From assembly GCF_032191835.1 (NCBI RefSeq), contig NC_083239.1, positions 16,306,001 through 16,370,000 on the forward strand: a stretch of 64,000 bases of DNA. The letters are read 5' to 3'. The number at the start of each line of letters is the position of its first letter. Position 1 is the stretch's first letter. The position numbers and the translations under genes were made by a program. The notes under the pieces were generated by a model. It ran no database searches. It saw only the letters and a list, made by a program, of their open reading frames with translations, and was not told where the DNA came from. This stretch comes from Heteronotia binoei (taxonomy: Eukaryota). Shown here piece after piece: positions 9,462 through 21,267 of this stretch.

Positions 9462-12357
9462 CTAGCTGATGTAGTCATTGAGGTAGGCTGGCTTGCGATG
9501 CTCTCTGTTGGACCGCCTGAGCCCCGGAGGGGGTGGTGGAGCGGATGCAGTTGCAGCGGCGGTGAGTGGAGGGGCTGCTACAGTATCACTCTCAGTCAGC
9601 AGTTCCCGGGCCTCTGTGACCGCCGGCTCCACCTGAAGGGCGGGGCTCTGGGTCCCTGCCTCTGCTGTGGTGGTTGGGGAAGGAGTGGAGGTGGCGGTCT
9701 GGTTGTCAGAACTGTAATCCTCGACTTCTACCTAGGGGCTCTCGTGGGACCTCAGCTGGTCGATGTGCCTCCTTATGGTGGTCCCCCCCTCTGTTGTAAC
9801 CTCGTACATTATGGACCCCAGCACCCTGGCAACCCTTGCCAGAATCCAAGTGCCCCCCCAAGTTCTTAGCCATAACCCGGTCCTCTGTATCTAGCCCCCG
9901 AGGTGCCCAGATCGATTCTGGAACCTCCTGCAGGTCGAGGGCTCTGTCTGGGTGCAATCGGTCTAGTAGGGTGGCTCCCTGGCAGCCCATGAGGTGTTTG
10001 GCAGGGCTGCGGCCCATGGCTGAGGAGGGGATACTGTGCTGTGATAGTAAGAATTCTGCAATGTGGCCCTCCCAGTCCCCCTGGATGATGCAGCGGAGCG
10101 ATTCTTTAGTCGTCGGCACCACCCTTTTGGCCTGGCTGTTGGTGGCCGCGTGGAAGGGGGCTAACCTGATATGCCTAAAGGGGTTGCGGGCGCAGAAGTC
10201 CTGGAATTCTCCCAACATGAAGGCCTTCTTGTTATCCGAGACCAGCATGTCCGGGAGGCTATGCGTGGCGCACACCCGGCGGAGGCCGCCAATGGTGGCC
10301 TGGTGGATGCCACCGGGAGCACCTCCAGCCATTTCGAGTATGAGTCCACAATTAAGAAAAACGTTTGTCCCTGGAAGGACCCCGCAAAGTCCAGGTGCAA
10401 CCAGGACCAGGGTTTTCCTGTGGATTCTCAGTGGTGCACCGGAGCCCGGAGAGGTGCCAGCCGGGTCTCCTGGCAGGGCTGGCATCGAGCAACCCAAGAC
10501 TCGATCACATCAGCCATCCCGGGCCACCATACATAACTGCGGGCGAGTGCCTTCATGTGCACGATCCTTGGGTGCAGCGCCGTGAGGACTTGGTGTCTCA
10601 GAACCGGGGGCACCACCACCCTGTTCCCCCATTGCAAACACCCCTTATGGAGAGAGAGCTCGTCCCTGAGGGACGCGAATGCCCCAAACTCCGGTCCCAC
10701 CTGGCCCGTGGGGCATCCCCTCCATACCCAGTTCAGAACTCGGGAAAGTATTTTGTCCTTGGCCGAGCAGTGTGCAATGGGTGGTCCGGGAGGGACTCTA
10801 GAAGCAGGATCTAGTGTGCTGGGGCTGAATCCGGATCTTCGGACGACAGTAGCAGGAGGCTGAGAGCGTCCACGTGGCCCATGGCTTTCCCCGGCCTATA
10901 CTAAAGACCATACTGGTACCCTGCCAAGAAAATGGACCACTGTAGTACCCTGAGTGACAAGATCTGGGGCGTTTGTCGGTCAGGGGCAAAGAGGCCAAGT
11001 AAGGGCTTGTGGTCTGTATGCTGGTGAAGGACTGGCCATATAAGTAATCATGGAATTTTTTTACTCCTGCCATGATTGCCAGGCCCTTCTTGTCTATTTG
11101 CACGTAGTTGTGCTCCAGTTTCTGCAATGTTTTGGAGTAATAGGCCACCGGGACCTCCCTGACATCTGGCAACACATGGGCCAGGATGGCACCCACCCCA
11201 TAGGGGGAGGCGTCGCAGGCCAAAACAACGGGCAGCCTCTCATCGAAGGGTGCAAGCTGTTGGATGTCAGGAGGTCTTTAATGGCCTGGAAGGCGGCGGC
11301 TTGCCGGCGGCCCCAAACCCACAGAGCCCTTTTGTCTAAGAGCCTATGCAAGGGTTTTGCTACTGCCACCTTGTGGGGGAGGAAGGAATGGTAAAAGGCA
11401 TGGTGAGGACACCGCGGAATGATTGCAATTCGGCTTTGTTAGTGGGAGCTGGCGCATCGCAAATGGCTTTGATTTTGTCCTTGGATGGGTGGATCCCATT
11501 CACATCCACCATGTACCCCAGAAAGTCTATTGTAGGGACCCTCAGCAGACATTTTTCCCTCTTTACCTTGAGCCCTGCCTCACTGAAACGCTGTAGTACA
11601 GTGCGGAAGCAACTGGCGAATTCCTCTTCCGTTGCTGCAGTGATCAGCACATCGTCAAAGAATGGCTGGACTCCGGGAATCCCTTTTAAGAGAGAATCCA
11701 TTAAGCTCTGAAAAATTCCCGGAGCCACGCTGACCCTGAACTGGAGGCACTTTACCCGGAAAGTGCCCCGATGTGTGACTATGGTTTGGGCCTCGGCCGT
11801 GGCGGCGTCCACCGGCAATTGCTGGTATGCTTGGGCCAGATTCAGCTTCCAAAAAAATTTGGCACCTGCAAGGGATGCTAACACATGGCTGACCACCAGG
11901 ACCGGGTAGGCGTGGTCCTGCAGCACTTTATTGATCATGCATTTGTAGTCTGCACAGATGTGGATGCTCCTATTTGGCTTGATTGGGCTTTCCCATCGTG
12001 TGTTGGCGACCGGCTCCAGGACCCCTTGTGCCACTAGGCGGTCTAGCTCCTCCTCTATCTTGGGTTTCAAGGCAAAGAGTACCCGCCGGGCCTTTAGACG
12101 TATGGACGGCACGTTGGGGTTTATTTGTAACAACATGGGGGAACCTGTGTATGTTCCTAGTGTCCCATCGAAAACTGCCGGGAACTCTCCAGATGTCCTC
12201 AAAATCCATGCTGGCGGAGGCATGATGGATTCCCTCTACTCGGATCCCCAAGGGTGCAAACCAAGCCCAGCCCAACAGGCTACTCAGGTCCCCTTGTGCC
12301 ACCAGCAAGGGAAAGTCTCTCAAAAATTTCCCGTATTGCACCTTGACTACCCCTCCT
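9462..12357 (-). pseudogene. Gypsy element 2 pol (protease end, RT, RNase H, integrase), frameshifted; gag and 5' LTR missing
   Basis: RT ICADYK..DHAYP..KLNLAQAYQQL..PFFDDVLI..FLGY; RNase H ACDASPYGVGAIL..VAYYSKTL..YVQIDK; integrase H..H..MKALARSYVWWPGM..C..C, LDFAG..FLIVDSYSKWLEV, LVSDN..FHAATN. Split over several frames. Confidence 0.95.
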
Positions 12358-14224
12358 GTGTTAATAGAGACTAAAAGATTAAAAGCCAAGTTATACCTCT
12401 ACACTAATATAACCTGGAATAGCCTGAGGAGTGAGAAAACCCTAGTAAAAACAACATTGTGATAACCAGGGACAAGGGGGGGGGTGAACCTGAGTTTAGT
12501 ATAGTAAGTCATTTCAGGGACAGGGCTGAACTAGATTCAAGTCCTAGTAGGCTGAGGAAAAATCTACAGTGGCAAATTATGTATGACACTGTTTACAAGT
12601 TTGCCCAGTTTCCAGTCAAACTAGTCATACCCTGGCAGTTCTGAGTTTGGAGCGCTCAGTGATTTTTGAAACTTCTGTGTGAGGATTTGCAACTGGGCTC
12701 TGAGTGCACATAGGTGGCTTAAAGCCTTTCTCCCCATGCTGTTGCTCCTGACCCAAAATGGCTCAGGGAAGCTGTTGTTTGCCCTGTGGGATGCTGCACG
12801 TATCCTGATGGACTACAAATCACATTTCCAAAATGAAGCCAAAAACTGGCTTCATGGGGCCATTTTTGTTTGGAAAAATGATGTGTGGAGGGGAAGTCTA
12901 GGTCCCCTCTGCCCACATGAGGCCCACTTGTGCCTGGGAAGCACCCAACCCCTTAAGATGTCCCTTTGAAGCAAAATATGATGTTAGCCCTGCAGACCTT
13001 TCATCAGTTATGTGAGAAATGCCTCCACATTGGAATGGGACATTGGTACCCTCCTAGACCATGCTAGAAGTTTCAGCTAAGCTCTGCAGTTCATTGCTAT
13101 CAATCCAAAATGTCTTGTCAACCTCTTTCACCATTACCTCAGCACATCCATGAGGCAAATGCATGTTGTTGGATGGAAACTTTTCCTCTACAGTCCAAAG
13201 CTTCTAGATGCTTTCTTTGGGTGATAATCTAGTCAATTCTTAACATACAGGATTGCCAACATCCTGTACAGAAAGAGCCCTGTCTCTTTAAAAACTTAAT
13301 GAGGTGTTGTTTACTTCTATGCCATGAAAAGTTTCAGCTACCTATTTTCACCCTGTAAGGGCCAGCACTTATAGATCTCAAGGCTTTCATTAATTGTGGT
13401 CAAGCTGCATGTTTTACAGGTTAGTTGCAGCCTGTTTGAGCTGAGCATTAATTAAAAGCACCCGGTGGCCTTGACCAACTGATATAGGATGCTCTGTGTT
13501 TTTGTGTGTGTAGAAAAAGTCCAGCAGGAACTCATTTACATACTAGGCCACACCACCTGTCCTGGGAGCTTGTGACTGCTGCATGGCTGGTCGGTCCGTC
13601 CCAAATCCTGGCCAGCCTCCACAGAGCTCTGCTCCTGTGTGCTCCAGCAGGGGGGGGGGGCAGGATGCTCTTATCTGGTTGTGGTGGAGCATCAGGAAGG
13701 CAGAGGTTCAGGCCTCCAGGACTTCAAGCTGGAATGGCAAAGACTGCTTCAGTAGGAATGGACTTCCTTTCTTAAACCTCTTGGTGAGAAAATCACTGTG
13801 GGATTATCCCAGAGAGGAAAACCAACAAGCAATTAATGTTTTAGTGACTCAGCCTCTACCCAGCACAAATATATTGTCATTCTCTTCTGCACCACTGTTG
13901 TGATTTGAGAGTGATTTCTGCTCCGCATACATTCTTCATTATCTGGAAGACTGAATAAAGGCAAAGGTAGCTTTTAATTTACTGCACCAGGAGTACTGCC
14001 GAAGGTCTGTTCATGTCCTCAAAGCAAACCCAGAAGCTAAAAGGCCTCAGTAAGGGACTCAGGACCTGGTGAGTCCTAGGTGGCTGGGGATTCAGTGCCT
14101 GAGAATAAGAGTAGGGGTCATCATTGGTCCAGACACACCCCTTTTGCAGGGCAGATTGTTTATCGCCAGGCCTGTTGACAAGCTACTGGTAGGGCAGTGG
14201 AAAATGCAGCCTAGTCACAGCTGA

Positions 14225-14395
14225 TTTAGGATGACCCCATAGAGTTTTTCAAAACATAAGACAAGCAGAAGTAGCTGCCTCTGTGTAGCAGCCCTGGCCT
14301 TCCCAGTCCCGTCCAAATGTTAAGCAGGGCTGACCTTGCTTAGCTGCTGACATCTGATGAGACTGGATTAGCCTGGGACATCCAGGTCAGAGCAA
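14225..14395 (-). mobile_element. 5S rRNA-derived SINE
   Basis: Reverse complement contains a degenerate 5S box A/box C head and the body shared with 16455-16650, 28114-28275 and 63795-64000. Confidence 0.6.
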
Positions 14396-14721
14396 CTACC
14401 AGTATAAGCCCCTCTTTTTGTTATGGAGCCCTGTATGTTCTTAATCAACTGATGTCTCTAAGGACCTCTTCCTTGGGATTGTGTTGCCACTTTGTCCTCT
14501 CTAGGGACTTTCCATAGTTCCAAAAATGTTGAGTCCCCCCCCCCCAGGTTACTCTGAACTTTTTGTTTTTTACTGCATTTTACAACGAATTGAACATAAG
14601 GAGAGGAAGATAGAATAACAGACCAAAAATCTAGTTTCCTATAATAAAGAATTGAACATTTCTGTTCAGTTGGGGGAATACTGTCAACGTAACCTGAGGA
14701 TGCTATTTTCCCCACTGGGGA

Positions 14722-14836
14722 AGCACAGGGCTTTTTTTGAGCAGGAACACAGTTCCGGCTGGCTTGGTGTCAAGCGGTGTAGCCTAATATGCAAAGGAGT
14801 TCCTGCTGGACTTTTTCTACAAAAAAGCCCTGTGCT
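14722..14836. mobile_element. Non-autonomous DNA transposon (MITE)
   Basis: 16-bp TIR AGCACAGGGCTTTTTT/AAAAAAGCCCTGTGCT. Related pieces at 13505-13570 and 34110-34215. Confidence 0.7.
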
Positions 14837-15225
14837 AAACAATGGTGGCCTCAGAGGGTGTGGCCTAATAAGCAAATAGTTTCTGCTAGGCTTTTTCTAC
14901 CAAAAAAACAACAACCCAACCCTGGGGAAATGTATTCATATCGGTATGTGAGTCCCCTCCCCTGGGCAAATGGTGGTTCCAGGGGCCATTTCAGGTTAGG
15001 AAAAGGGTGGGGGGATTAACTTTGCTCTCCCTGTGTGGCATGATCCCTATCTGAACTGGTCTTCCATATGCCTGAGAGTGAAGTTTTGACACAGAATTCC
15101 CAGCACAGATCTGGTTTTGTTGGACATGGGACAAACTCAAGCAATGTAACATGGAGTTAGTAGGGTTTGGATTTTTTAAAAAACTCCTGTCTCCTTAACA
15201 GAGGCTTAATAGGATGCTCTTTACC

Positions 15226-15389
15226 TGGGGCCGGATCTAGGGGGAAGCAGAGGGGGCGCTTGCCCTGGGCACTGCCGGAGGGGGGATGCCAAATTGGGTA
15301 TGGAGCCCATTCTATTCTATGGGCCCATAAGGGGTCATCATTTTTAAAATCCTCCCCCCCCCCTCAAAAAACATGTAGATCCGGTCCTG
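15226..15389 (+). mobile_element. hAT (Tip100-like) MITE
   Basis: GGGCCGGATCTA...TAGATCCGGTCCTG termini; same family as 51796-51946. Confidence 0.7.
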
Positions 15390-16454
15390 TGATGTGATTT
15401 CCCCGCATAACACAGAATGCTGCAGCTATTCCTTTCCTCACCTTAAAGGAACACAGCATTTTTATCCTGGCCTGCTGGCAATTCCACCTCTCTGCCTCTG
15501 TCCACTCTTTCCACAAATGTTGGCTTTGTGCACTTCTTGCCTAAATAGAGAGTGGTAGTCCTAGCCTGTGCCTCTGAATTTTTAATAGCCATTAATGTGA
15601 GAAATATAAAATGAGCAGGAGACAAGTTACACAATTGCACGGTCTGCCTCCATACATTTTTAAATTAGCATTTTAACATGTTTTATGAAGCTGCCTTAAG
15701 TAACTCCAGTATCCGGCTGACGCAGGCCTCTTCAGAAGTAACTCCAACCATGTCCAATGAGGCTTCCTTCTGTGTAAGTGCACACAGGATGGAATGCAAC
15801 CTGAATGATGGAAGTTGCTACAATAATCACAATTCTTAGTATTAATGTAGTGCTATTAGGGATCAGAGTGCTTGAAACATGTGATTTTGTAATCTTCAGC
15901 CCTGCAGGCCCATAGCCACAGGGGGCTTGTGGGGGCACTGCCCCCTGACTTCCAGGCAGGGGCACCCAACCCCAGGGAGCCCTTTGAGGCACAGCCTCCT
16001 TTTTTATTTTTGCCATGGCTGAGCCAGTGAAGTGTCATCAGTGGCAGCCAGAGATGGGAGAGCTGAGCAGGGCACAGTGCGCAGCAGCAAAAGCAGCAGG
16101 TGGAGAGGAGGAAGGCAGAGGAAGCTGCATGGAATGGGCTGGGGAGGTGGGAATGGATGGAGCTGCTGGCTGCAAGGCACAGGGGTGGGGGAGAGGGAGG
16201 TGGAAGGAACTCCTCCTATTTGCACACAAAGTGAAGTCCCTTCCAGACTCCAAAGTTTTAGGCTTTACTGCCTTGACTTGGCCACATTCAGAGCCTCCAG
16301 TTTTTGCCCCTACCCCAGAAAGCTTCTGAGAAGTGGCGAGCCCCAGAGTGGATGGCAAGGGGTGCCCCCTGACCTGAAAAAAGCCCCCAGATGGCTGGGA
16401 AGAAGACGTGAGTTTGTTTGTGGAGGTGGGATTAGAACTTGATGATGGTGGAAA

Positions 16455-16650
16455 ACTCTGTCAAGTCACAGCCGACTCATGGCATTCCCCGTAGTTTCCA
16501 AGGTAAGAGACGTTCAGAGGTGGCTTGCGATTGTTCGCCTCTGTGCAGCACCCTTGGACTTTCTGAGAAGTCTTCCATCCAAGTAGCAACCAGGGCCGAT
16601 AATATTTAGCTTCCAAGATCTGACAGGACTGGGCTACCCTGAGCCACCCA
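16455..16650 (-). mobile_element. 5S rRNA-derived SINE
   Basis: TCTTCCATCCAAGTAGCAACCAGGGCC...TTAGCTTCCAAGATCTGA is the reverse complement of the 5S internal control region. Confidence 0.7.
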
Positions 16651-16920
16651 AATCAGCACAGAAACCTGCACCTCCTGGATGAAAAAAAAGACACATTCTC
16701 TGAGCCTCTACACTGCATCAGAAGAACACTGGCTCTCAAGTTGTTTGCCCTTCAGATGATTTTCTGCATTGGTCCAAATATCGCTGTTCATGAAGAACAC
16801 GGGCTCCCAATTGCTATTGCTAATGGGCAGTGATGTCACATTCCACAGCCTAGTAGAAATTTTGGCGCCGTCAGCTGCCCATTTCTCAAGCAGCAGCTTC
16901 AACAGTTACCTGTGTTTTCA

Positions 16921-17661
16921 GTTGGCAAAGGCAAACCGTGCATTTGGCCGACTGCACAAAAGAGTGTGGAGCAACAAGCATCTGAAAAAAGGCACAAAGA
17001 TCAATGTTTACAAAGCGGTTGTGATGACAACCCTCATCTACGGCTCCAAATCGTGGGTTTTATACCGTCATCACCTGCGACTCCTTGAGCGCTTTCATCA
17101 GCACTGCCTTCGCACCATCCTCAACATCCACTGGAGTGACTTTGTGACCAACACTGAAGTCCTCAAGAGGGCGGAGGTTACAAGCATCGAGGCACTGCTG
17201 TTGAAGACGCAGCTGCGCTGGGCAGGGCATATTTCTAGGATGGAAAACCACCGCCTTCCCAAGATTGCTCTGTATGGCGAACTTTCCACCGGCCATCGAA
17301 ATAGAGGGGCACCAAAGAAGAGGTACAAGGACTCCTTGAAGAAATCCCTTGGCACCTGTCGCATCAACCATCACCAGTGGTCTGACCTAGCCTCAGATCG
17401 CAAAGCATGGAGGCACACCATCCACCAGGCTGTCTCTTCCTTTGAGAACGCACGCATAGTTGGTCTTGAGGACAAAAGGAGATTGAGGAAGAATCGCACT
17501 GCTACAGCATCAACCCCAAATCAGACTTTTCCCTACAGCCACCGTGGCCGGACCTGCCTGTCCCGCATTGGTCTTGTCAGCCACCAGCGAGCCTGCAGCA
17601 GACGTGGACTACTGCACCCTTCTTAAATCTTCGTTCGCGAAGTCAAGCTGAGAGAGAGAGA
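16921..17661 (+). mobile_element. 5'-truncated RTE-clade LINE, ORF2 C-terminus uninterrupted
   Basis: LAKANRAFGRLHKRVW..TKINVYKAVVMTTLIYGSKSW..LRWAGHISRMENHRLPK..KKRYKD; (GA)n tail. Confidence 0.95.
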
Positions 17662-18369
17662 CTGCAAGCAGCACCATTTTTTACCGCAAAAAAACACAGC
17701 AGCTGCCACAAGAAATCTGAGGAGGACTGCTGCCTTTGGCCCAAAGTCCATAAAAACCTTACTTAGATGATTTATAAAACATGTCTAGGCTGGTGGTATT
17801 TTAGAATAATTAGGGGGAGAGAGGCCTACTGCCATCTTGTCCAGCTTCTCCAGAAGCATCTCCTGTGGAGAACTAGATGGATGCTGCTTCTGATCCAGTG
17901 GGGTCTTCTCATGTTCTAAACCTGCAGCCAGCCATGGAAGCAGAAAGAGAACACCGTCATAGTGGAGCAAAGATAACTCGCAGGGAGTGTATCCGGGGGG
18001 GGGGGGGAGGACCCAGCATATTTTAGCAACTGCAAAATAAGGGGATAAGGGGAGTGGATATGAGAAATGGCATGTTGTAAAATTAAAGATTGGGGAGACC
18101 TGGGTCCCAGTCCCGTGTTTGTGTGGTGTACGGAGAAGATGACACAGAACAATACTCTGGGAGATCGAGGTTCAGCTCTGCAGTCTGCCAAGGAAGTTTG
18201 TTGGGTGACCTTGGGCCAGTCACAGACTCTCAGCCTAACTTACCCCCACAGGCTTGGTTGCAAGTTTAAAGGGACTTTCTTCAGGGCTGGTTCCCCCCAT
18301 ACCTATTCCCTCCTGGTCCCTGTTGCTCCCAGCTGGGTCCAAGCCCAGGGTTTGGCTTGGCCTGAGCTG

Positions 18370-18570
18370 GGGCTGCCAACCTCCAGGCTGGGATTTGGAG
18401 ACCTCCCAGAATTACAGCTTACCTCCAGACTAGAGATCAGTTCCCCTGTGGGAAATGGCAGCCTTGGAAAGCAGATTCTGTGGCTTCCAATCCCAGCTGA
18501 GTTCTCTCTTCTCTCCAAATCAGGGGCTTCCCTGAGGAAATCTCCAAGCCAGACTTGTCATCCCCAAAAA
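18370..18570 (+). mobile_element. hAT MITE (TAGGGTTGCCAACCTCCAGG family), degenerate
   Basis: Shares body with 25840-26058, 35872-36095, 36492-36689, 37000-37282 and 49065-49280. Confidence 0.7.
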
Positions 18571-18699
18571 GGCTTAGTAGGGATGCCAGTCCCCTCTTGC
18601 ACCACCATGGATTGCTAGTAGCCCATGGGGCATCAGCACCTGGTGGCTCTGCTGGGAACCATCCCAGACTTGGACGTGCTTAGGACAGGTCTTCTAAAT

Positions 18700-18908
18700 C
18701 AGGGGTCCCCAACCCCCGGTCCGTGGCTTCTTAGCAACCAGGCCACGGAGTGAGGCAGAGACATTTGCCTACTCCTCATTTAAAGACTCCCATAGGGGGG
18801 CAGGGATGGAGTGTAAGCATGGGGGAAGCCCCAGCACCCCCACCAGTCCATGGAAAAATTGGCTTCCACAAAACCGGTCCCTGGTGCCAAAAAGGTTGGG
18901 AACCGCTG
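18700..18908. mobile_element. hAT-Charlie-type MITE
   Basis: TIR CAGGGGTCCCCAAC/GTTGGGAACCGCTG and a perfect 8-bp TSD TTCTAAAT. Confidence 0.92.
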
Positions 18909-18984
18909 TTCTAAATAAGCCTGCAACAAATTGTGGGTTTCCCCTTCTGCACATGAAAAAGAGGAACAGTGTCCAAGATCATTA

Positions 18985-19080
18985 ATTTAGGGAGAAGGTA
19001 TTTGTGAGTTTCCTGCATCATGCAGGAGTTGGACAAGATGACCCTGGAGGTCCCTTCCAACTCTATGATTCCATGAAAAG
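18985..19080 (+). mobile_element. CR1 LINE 3' tail
   Basis: TTGGACAAGATGACCCTGGAGGTCCCTTCCAACTCTATGATTCCATG, the typical CR1 3' end. Confidence 0.8.
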
Positions 19081-19339
19081 GGGAGGGGGGAACCATTCTG
19101 GAAGATAGTAGGCGGAGAGACAGGGTGAGTGCGCCTGAATCAAGGTCCTGCTCCGTAGGTCACATGAGAAAAGGAGCATTTCCCTCTCTTCTCTTGGCAC
19201 TTTTTCCCTACAGGAAAGGGTGCATGTCGGGAAGGTGGGGGGAGCTTTATGGATGCAGCTGGGCTGGCAGGCCTGCCACAGACACAGCCTGAGCCTATGC
19301 ACTTTACTCGGTAGTAACTGCTCTTCATCTCTTTGCGAC

Positions 19340-21110
19340 TACTTACTTCCTCCAAATCCACAGGACTGCAGCCTCCCCACCGCTTTCTCCAGCAAACCTG
19401 CGGCCCTGTTGTCTGGCATAGATGCGTCGTCTGGAAGCCAAGGCAGCCGGGGGAGGGGAGGGGGAATTCAGGCTCAGGAGTTTCCCGGCTCTCTGACTCT
19501 CACGCTGGTTTCCCTCGCGCATCCCTCCCCCCTTTACATCGCGGAACTGTTGCGATCTTCCTTTTCGCCCCCTCCAAATTGCTACATTATTTCCCCGTTG
19601 CCACCCCCCGCGCTTTGCAATAATGATCGCTAGGCTATAAGGGTGATGGGGGGAGGGGCTTTCATTTGGGGGAAGCATCAGAAGATTCACTGCAAAAGTG
19701 GAGTGTCTGGGAGATACTTGGAACCTACCCAGAACCGGGTAGGGGGGGGGGAAGGAGGTTGCATTCATAGCGCGATTCATTCCAGCCCCCGCCCTGCGCA
19801 TCGCTGCCAAACCTAATGAAGCCTCGAAATGTGGTGGGTCTATTTAAATTATATTGCAAGCTTCCTCCCCCCCCCCCCATTTTGTTTTGCACTGCGTGCA
19901 ATTATAAGGGGCACCTCTGAGGGAGACTTGCAAGGAGATATTTCAGAGACAACACCCCCCACCGCAAAGCTTTCTCGCTCTTCGCTTCTTGGGCCAAAGG
20001 CCCGCAACAGCCAGTCCCGCAATGGGCATGTAAAAACTGCCGCTGGGAAGAGTGTCGGTGAATGGAGAAAGATTATAAATCGTCGTCCCCCTTTTCCAAC
20101 ACCCCCCCCCCATGCTTGTCCCACCCGAAGCCGTTCGACCAAATCGTCAGAAAGACTTCTCTACGACGGCTCTGCTTGATTGTGGCAAAGGAGAACTACC
20201 TGGTAATTCCTAGCGAGCTTTGTAGGAATTGGCTTTGCAAGAGCTTGCAGATTGCTCACTATTGCAGACAAGCTCCCCCCCCCCCCGCCTTTCCCTTACA
20301 GAAAAAAAGAGGGGTGATTCTTGCCGCTTTCTCCATCTAGGGATTGAGTCTTGTCAATTTCACTCCAAGATCTGTGAATTGTTCATCAGAAGAGATGGTT
20401 AAAAAAAAAGGACTTTTTCCCTTTTAAGGTGCGCGAGGAAGATCTTTGCACAGGTTTTATACACGGAATGGAAGGGGGAGTGTTGCAGAATGGGGAAACC
20501 AGTGGTGGTGAATTAACGTAGCATAGAACAGCAATCCAAATCCCCCCTACCAGCATTTTAGCAAAAAAAAAAAGAAAGAAAGAAAGGGTACCATTAAAAA
20601 AAAACAACCCTAAGGATGCAGCAATTATTAATCACTTGGAATTTAAACGTATAACACCCATGGGAGTTTTTGCTGTTAATCCTTCAAAAGCTCGATCCAA
20701 AATAGGCGACGTTGTTTAAAAAAAAAATGCAAGAAGAGAAAGGAAAGGGGAGACAGAACCAGTTTTCCTTTCTCCCCAGCTCTTGTGCGACTTGGTTTAG
20801 TCCGGCTGCAGCCGCTGGAAAGTGGGGGGGAGATCTTTGGATTTCTTGTTCCCTGAGCAAAAAAAAAAATACAAATAATGTATAGACGACATTAAATAAT
20901 AGCTATCCCGCCCCCCGCCTCATTTTATTTTTAAAAGGTAACCTGATTTTCCTTCCATTGTAGATCATTCCACTGAGCAAAAGGAGGGGGATTTTTTTTT
21001 TTTTAAAAAAAAAATCCAAACCAATCATCCTCCGCTCCCTCCCTCCCCCCCTCCTTCCCCTCCCTCCTCCTTCTCCTCCAAGCAAATCAACCCCCCAGCC
21101 CCTCTTTGAC
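19340..21110 (+). promoter_or_regulatory. Putative CSMD2 promoter and 5'UTR (CpG-enriched, TE-free)
   Basis: About 1.8 kb without recognisable repeats, CpG clearly higher than the flanks, TATA-like TATTTAAA near 19841, directly upstream of the first coding exon. The TSS cannot be fixed from sequence. Confidence 0.6.
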
Positions 21111-21267
21111 ATGCAACCCTCTTTTGGCTGGGACAAGCCGGCATGCCGCTGCAGCTTTAAACGGAATTGGGGGAAATTGGGGATTTTTGCTCTCATGACG
21201 GTGGAGGTGAGCTACTGGAGCCGGATTCTTCTGCTATCGGTGGGGGTTCTGGCAACATCAGCCGCCG
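21111..21267 (+). CDS. CSMD2: First coding exon (signal peptide) of CUB and Sushi multiple domains 2
   Basis: 157 nt = 52 codons + 1, followed by donor G|GTAAGT. Peptide MQPSFGWDKPACRCSFKRNWGKLGIFALMTVEVSYWSRILLLSVGVLATSAA-G aligns ungapped with human CSMD2 as recalled from memory (MPRSRGRELGRCGCPAGRARGETGISALVPGAGSRWGR...LLLLLGCGLLSVSAAAG): shared S4, G6, C12, C14, R18, G21, G24, I25, A27, L28, S34, W36, R38. Needs BLAST confirmation. Confidence 0.8.

Noticed and set aside
9498-12374. Plus-strand ORFs of 100-250 aa
   Set aside because: They are antisense shadows of Gypsy pol.
16769-17626. 285-aa host gene
   Set aside because: The C-terminal ~235 aa are RTE ORF2. The N-terminus is chance read-through from flank starting at TTG.
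4800-19300. Exons of the head-to-head neighbour gene (C1orf94 in human, from memory) on the minus strand
   Set aside because: Only a weak VHQDT-like match near 12800 in a frame with stops; not supportable.
21195-21267. Short 73-nt exon as the whole first CDS (matching NOTCH2, RET, ACVR1C, NRP1 or ALCAM by length)
   Set aside because: No sequence similarity to those signal peptides. The in-frame upstream ATG at 21111 gives a peptide that aligns with CSMD2.
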